Shown here piece by piece: positions 62,524 through 64,000 of a DNA stretch of 64,000 nucleotides (position 1 is the stretch's first letter; each line of letters opens with the position of its first letter). The notes below the pieces were generated by a model. The model was not told the DNA's origin. It was given only the letters and a program-made list of their open reading frames with translations, and made no database searches. A program made the translations under genes and the position numbers. This stretch comes from Dehalococcoidia bacterium (GTDB taxonomy: Bacteria > Chloroflexota > Dehalococcoidia > UBA2979), in the NCBI GenBank assembly GCA_964291495.2, contig OZ219871.1, positions 1,376,001-1,440,000 of the forward strand, in the 5' to 3' direction.

Positions 62524-63999
62524 GTGGCGAGCACCGGAGTGGACATCGACGCCGTCGCCGTCGCGCGCACCCTCGTCGACGCGGCCGGAGCGGCCATCGA
62601 CGCGGCGGTCGCGCACGCGGCCGAGGTCACAGAGGGCGGCGCGCTGATCGACGACCACCAGGTGCACACCGAGCGCATCGCCTACCTCGCCACGCAGGTG
62701 CGCGCGGCGACCGCGCTGGTCGCCTCCAGCGAGGGTCTGCGCGAGGCTGGCGTCCGCGACGAGCAGCAGGAGGACGCCGCCCTCGTCTACGCCGCCGAGG
62801 CGACGCACGTGCTGCGCTCCGCGATCGAGGCCTCTCGCGACGACTTCGGCATTGACGCGGCGGCGGACGCCCTCGATGCGCCCGAGCTGCGCTCGGCGGT
62901 CCGCGCCGGCCTCGACGAGTCGCGCGTGCGCGCGCTGGGGCGGCGCGCGATCGCCTCGCTCGGCGTCAACAACCTCGATCTGCGCGACGACGCGGCGATG
63001 CTCACGCGCGAGACGGCGCGCGAGTTCGCGCGCAACGAGGTCGCCCCGATCGCGCAGGAGATCCACCGCCAGGACCTGCTGGTTCCCGACAGCCTGCTGG
63101 AGCGCTTCTCCTCGCTCGGCTTCTTCGGCGCCTCGATCCCGGAGCAGTACGGCGGCACGGGCATGGGCTACCTGCCGATGGTGGTGATGACCGAGGAGCT
63201 GTCGGCGGCCTCGCTCGGCGCGGCCGGGTCGCTGCACACTCGGCCGGAGATCCTCGCGCACGCGCTGCTGACGGGCGGCACCGAGGCGCAGAAGGACGAG
63301 TGGCTGCCCAAGCTCGCCTCGGGCGAGGTGCTGGTCGCGATCGGCGTGACCGAGCCGGACGTCGGCTCGGACAACGCGAACCTCCAGGCGCGCGCGACCC
63401 CGGCCACCGTCGACGGCGTGCAGGGCTGGCGCCTCAACGGCGCGAAGGCGTGGAGCACCTTCTCCGGCCGCGCCAACGTGATCTCGATGCTCGTGCGCAC
63501 GAACCCGAACCCCGAGGCCGCCGGCCGCGGGCTCTCCGTGCTGATCGTTCCCAAGGACCCGCACTACGGCCACGAGTGGACGCAGACCCAGCCCGAGGGC
63601 GGCTCGATGAGCGCCACCGCCAACCCGACGCCCGGCTACCGCGGCATGCACTCCTTCACCGTCGCGATCGACAATTACTTCGTGCCGCACGCCAACCTCG
63701 TGGGCGAGGACGAGGGGATGGGCCGCGGCTTCGCGCTGCAGATGGGCGGCTTCGCCGTCGGCCGCCTCCAGACCGGCGGGCGCGCCTGTGGCGTCGCCCA
63801 GGCCTCGCTGGAGAAGGCCTGCCAGTACGTCACGCAGCGCGAGCAGTTCGGCAAGCCGATCGGCGAGTACCAGCTCACCCAGTTCCGCATCGGCGAGATG
63901 GTCGCCCGCCTCGCCGCCGCCCGGCAGCTCACCTACGCCGCCGCGCACGACTTCGACTCGCGAGGCCTGCCGGCGCCGATGGCGAAGCTGCTCGCCTGC
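62524..63999 (+). CDS. mcd: Acyl-CoA dehydrogenase, (2S)-methylsuccinyl-CoA dehydrogenase-like (3' partial)
   Basis: Missing from the ORF track because it has no stop in the window. Extra N-terminal helical domain (IDDHQVHTERIAYLATQV), EELS...G.AGSL.TR.EI, TEPDVGSD, GYRGM, R.QT..RA, R.QFGKPI; adjacent to mch. Confidence 0.75.
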   Translation, partial: MASTGVDIDAVAVARTLVDAAGAAIDAAVAHAAEVTEGGALIDDHQVHTERIAYLATQVRAATALVASSEGLREAGVRDEQQEDAALVYAAEATHVLRSAIEASRDDFGIDAAADALDAPELRSAVRAGLDESRVRALGRRAIASLGVNNLDLRDDAAMLTRETAREFARNEVAPIAQEIHRQDLLVPDSLLERFSSLGFFGASIPEQYGGTGMGYLPMVVMTEELSAASLGAAGSLHTRPEILAHALLTGGTEAQKDEWLPKLASGEVLVAIGVTEPDVGSDNANLQARATPATVDGVQGWRLNGAKAWSTFSGRANVISMLVRTNPNPEAAGRGLSVLIVPKDPHYGHEWTQTQPEGGSMSATANPTPGYRGMHSFTVAIDNYFVPHANLVGEDEGMGRGFALQMGGFAVGRLQTGGRACGVAQASLEKACQYVTQREQFGKPIGEYQLTQFRIGEMVARLAAARQLTYAAAHDFDSRGLPAPMAKLLAC

Positions 64000-64000
64000 G

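Noticed and set aside
62350-63948. 532-aa minus-strand ORF at the right edge
   Set aside because: It is the antisense shadow of the plus-strand acyl-CoA dehydrogenase, which has no stop inside the window.

Overview
GC-rich bacterial chromosome segment, most likely Chloroflexota (Dehalococcoidia-like). This is an inference from the rpsL insertion, a tandem-duplicated DnaC-like ATPase, the hom-thrC-folE and mtnP-ahcY-metK-sugar-nucleotide gene orders, and the general protein style. Contents in order: housekeeping genes (DnaC-like ATPase, moaD-moaE fusion, comF, pfkB-type kinase, glyA, rpsF-ssb-rpsR, PPIase, hom, thrC, folE, MshA-like glycosyltransferase and PIG-L deacetylase); a complete str-S10-spc-alpha ribosomal superoperon through truA-rplM-rpsI; a patch of REP-like palindromes; a form I Mo-Cu CO dehydrogenase cluster (coxMSL, two XdhC-family genes, mocA, divergent coxG); a SAM-cycle/salvage operon; plsX and trxA; 2-hydroxyacid dehydrogenases with an aldolase and a 2Fe-2S ferredoxin; and mch plus an mcd-like gene (ethylmalonyl-CoA pathway) running off the right edge. 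The best hidden signal is a ferredoxin:thioredoxin reductase catalytic subunit (minus strand, 56094-56537). Its conserved CHC motif is encoded as C-H-TGA, followed directly by a SECIS-like hairpin and 53 more in-frame sense codons, so it is a probable selenoprotein that the ORF track truncates; trxA and a ferredoxin lie nearby. Other oddities: long acidic tandem-repeat tails on several ribosomal proteins, a Zn-finger insertion in S14, a probable CTG start for thrC, and several leaderless promoters. No rRNA, tRNA, CRISPR array or transposase was recognised. All family calls come from motif recognition, not database searches.
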